NCBI RefSeq assembly: GCF_902713615.1
Contig: NC_052176.1
Location: 10,182,243-10,246,242, forward strand
DNA: 64,000 nt
Reading direction: 5' to 3'
Origin: Scyliorhinus canicula
Lineage: Eukaryota
Shown: one piece after another, positions 61,954 to 64,000 of the stretch
How positions within the stretch are numbered: position 1 is the stretch's first letter
How the letters are laid out: each line of letters starts with the position of its first letter
Position numbers and translations under genes: made by a program
Notes under the pieces: generated by a model
What the model was told of the DNA's origin: nothing
Databases searched by the model: none
What the model saw: the letters and a program-made list of their open reading frames with translations, nothing else

Positions 61954-62995
61954 CTGCAAAATGCACCAATTTACCACTGGTGTTTGCAACGTAAGGCTTT
62001 TGTGTAACTCCGTCCATCTTTCCTGACTACCTCTGCATCTACTGTTTATCGCATTCTCAGACTGAATTCTACATGCATATATCAGTTTATTTCATTCTAC
62101 ACATTGCAATTCTCATGTTCTTTCTTTGTAGCTCGTCAAATCTATATTGCAGAAAGGATGCGGGCAAATGATAGAACAACATAAACTCTTTGTGTTCCTT
62201 CCGCAGAAGAAGGCACTCCGATGGCATCTTCAATATAACTGTTGCAGGTATTGGATTATATCGTGCTCTAAATAAAACAACATTTATGATTCCTATTGCG
62301 ATGTTTGCAATTGTATTTTGTGTGTATTTGCGTGATGGTGCTGAATATTAAAGTGTGTCAGCATTCTGATGTTTATCTGACTCGGCATTAACATTGAATC
62401 GTATTTAATCGGGAAGGGTTTATCTCTGCCATCTCGCAATCTATTTGCATTGATCTCCTTTGTGTATAAATGTATTTTGACGTGATTGAAAAACAGAAGG
62501 ATAGACTGAGTAAAACTCTGCCCGATTGAATACTATTCAATGTTAATGCCGAGTCAGATAAACATCAGAATGCTGACACACTTTAATATGCAGCACCAGA
62601 ACTCAAAATTGCGGCAGTACATTTTTGAGGATTATTTTATCAGCAGTAAGTGTCATTTTACAGCGAATGCTACATGTAGTCATGGCCGAGTGGTTAAGGC
62701 GATGGACTCGAAAACCATTGGGGTTTCCCCGCGCAGTTTCGAACCCTGCTGACTACGCATCGTTCTTTTCTCGTCCAAATTCCCGCAAGTTTTTTTGTTA
62801 TGCTTTGTGCCTGACACGAAGTGCTGTGAAACCTGTTGAAAAAAATGTTCATGGAAAAATGTCTGACAACAATGCCTCCCTCCGGTTCTTCACAGCCGCT
62901 GATCCCGCCGACAAATGAGCAAAGTACCTGGATGTCACCTTATTGATGAAATCGGAAACGAATGGATGAATAGAATAGGAAGCCAGCCGGCAGTG
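61954..62995 (+). repeat. Direct duplicate (~1 kb) of 60582-61550, each copy holding a tRNA-Ser
   Basis: Colinear similarity from TCTGCAAAAT..CACCACTGGTGTTTGCAACG to GGAAGCCAGCCGGCAG. Confidence 0.92.
62676..62757 (+). pseudogene. tRNA-Ser with CGA anticodon on an AGA-type body, probable pseudogene
   Basis: GGACT-CGA-AAACCAT (A31:A39 mismatch) and G53>T. Confidence 0.75.
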
Positions 62996-63112
62996 CGACC
63001 TCGGCATTGCACCCGATTCTCCGCACGTGTTGGCATCGCTGAAATGCTCCGCAGATCGCGGACAGAGAATAAAACTTGAATAGCTGCTGAATTAGTAAAT
63101 AGATAATAATAC

Positions 63113-63399
63113 TTTTTCTTGATGTCACAAGTAGGATAACATTAACACTGTAACAAAGTTAGTGGGAATAATCCGAGTCGCCACACTCCGGCGCCTGTTC
63201 GGGTTCAATGAGGGAGATTTCTGAATGTCCAATTCACCTAATAGCACGTCTTTCGTGGCTTGTGGGAGGGAACCTGAGTACCCGGCGGAAACCCACGCAG
63301 AAGCGGGGAGAACTCCTCAGAGTGACCCAGTGGGAAATGAAATCCGGGACCCTGGCGTTGTGAAGCAACAGTGCTAACCACTGAGCTGTTGTGCCGCCC
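63113..63399 (-). mobile_element. SINE (HE1-related head, second-family tail)
   Basis: Head GGGCGGCACAACAGCTCAGTGGTTAGCACTGTTGCTTCACA on the minus strand. Confidence 0.75.
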
Positions 63400-64000
63400 A
63401 TTGTTGTTTCTCACAAGTCCTTGGTCGCCAGTCTTTAAGAAATTAGCTGATCTACATGTTGTCAGGAGTGGGCTGCACGGCACAGGGACTTCACCGCATG
63501 ACCCACTTGTGTCTGACCACCACATTGCGTACAGTTGGGTGCATTTCGGGAAGGAGTGGCGTATTTACTGTGGTGTCTCTGACAAGTCAATAAAGTTACA
63601 TGTTGTCACGTTACTAACCTTAGCTGTTTCCGATGGCAGCCAGAAGTTTGGATTGTTTGTATTTCAAATGGAGGCGGAGAAAGTTTGACCCAAGAAGTAA
63701 TTTTTTAAAAACAAGAAAATATTTGCCTTCCGGTGAAGAAGATAAAACTCACGTGTTTAACTTGACAAACCAAAGAACAGATGAAAAATACAATCATGTT
63801 TGGCAATCTCGAAAATCTTAGCGAGAAATGTATATGTGAAACCTTTCCCAATGAGTTAGTCAGTGATTGAATAGTCTGCTGGGGCCACAGCCATTTGCTC
63901 CACAGGCCGCTGTCACGAGAGAAAGATTTAAAACGATTTAAAGAATAACATCTGCATGTAAAATCACAATCAAAAAGCAACAATGATGTTAAGCGGTGAC

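Overview
Vertebrate, repeat-rich genomic DNA, almost certainly a shark and probably a catshark (Scyliorhinus). This is inferred from HE1-type SINEs, HER1/CR1 LINEs, a Penelope family and elasmobranch-style histone sequences. The left half has decayed CR1/SINE debris, a 41-bp satellite, a Penelope-derived inverted repeat enclosing a tandem array of hammerhead-like units, a CpG-rich promoter and a C2H2 zinc-finger pseudogene. It also has one complete replication-dependent histone quintet (H1+, H4+, H3+, H2A-, H2B-), each gene with a 3' stem-loop. Next come a triple-nested insertion (solo LTR in a Buster-type hAT in a CR1), a ~9 kb higher-order (GA/GT) satellite and a 500-N gap. The right half is a tRNA gene/pseudogene cluster (iMet, Lys-CTT x3, Ser-TGA/AGA/CGA/GCT, Arg-TCT, and an Arg-TCG with a canonical-position intron) built from duplicated and inverted modules. 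It also holds a young 5'-truncated CR1 and a near-intact Penelope (RT + GIY-YIG) with a minimal hammerhead ribozyme. The most novel-looking items are the intron-bearing tRNA-Arg(TCG), the hammerhead-derived 32-bp array, an orphan histone stem-loop and an H1 promoter with unusual architecture. All alignments were done by eye, so repeat boundaries are approximate.
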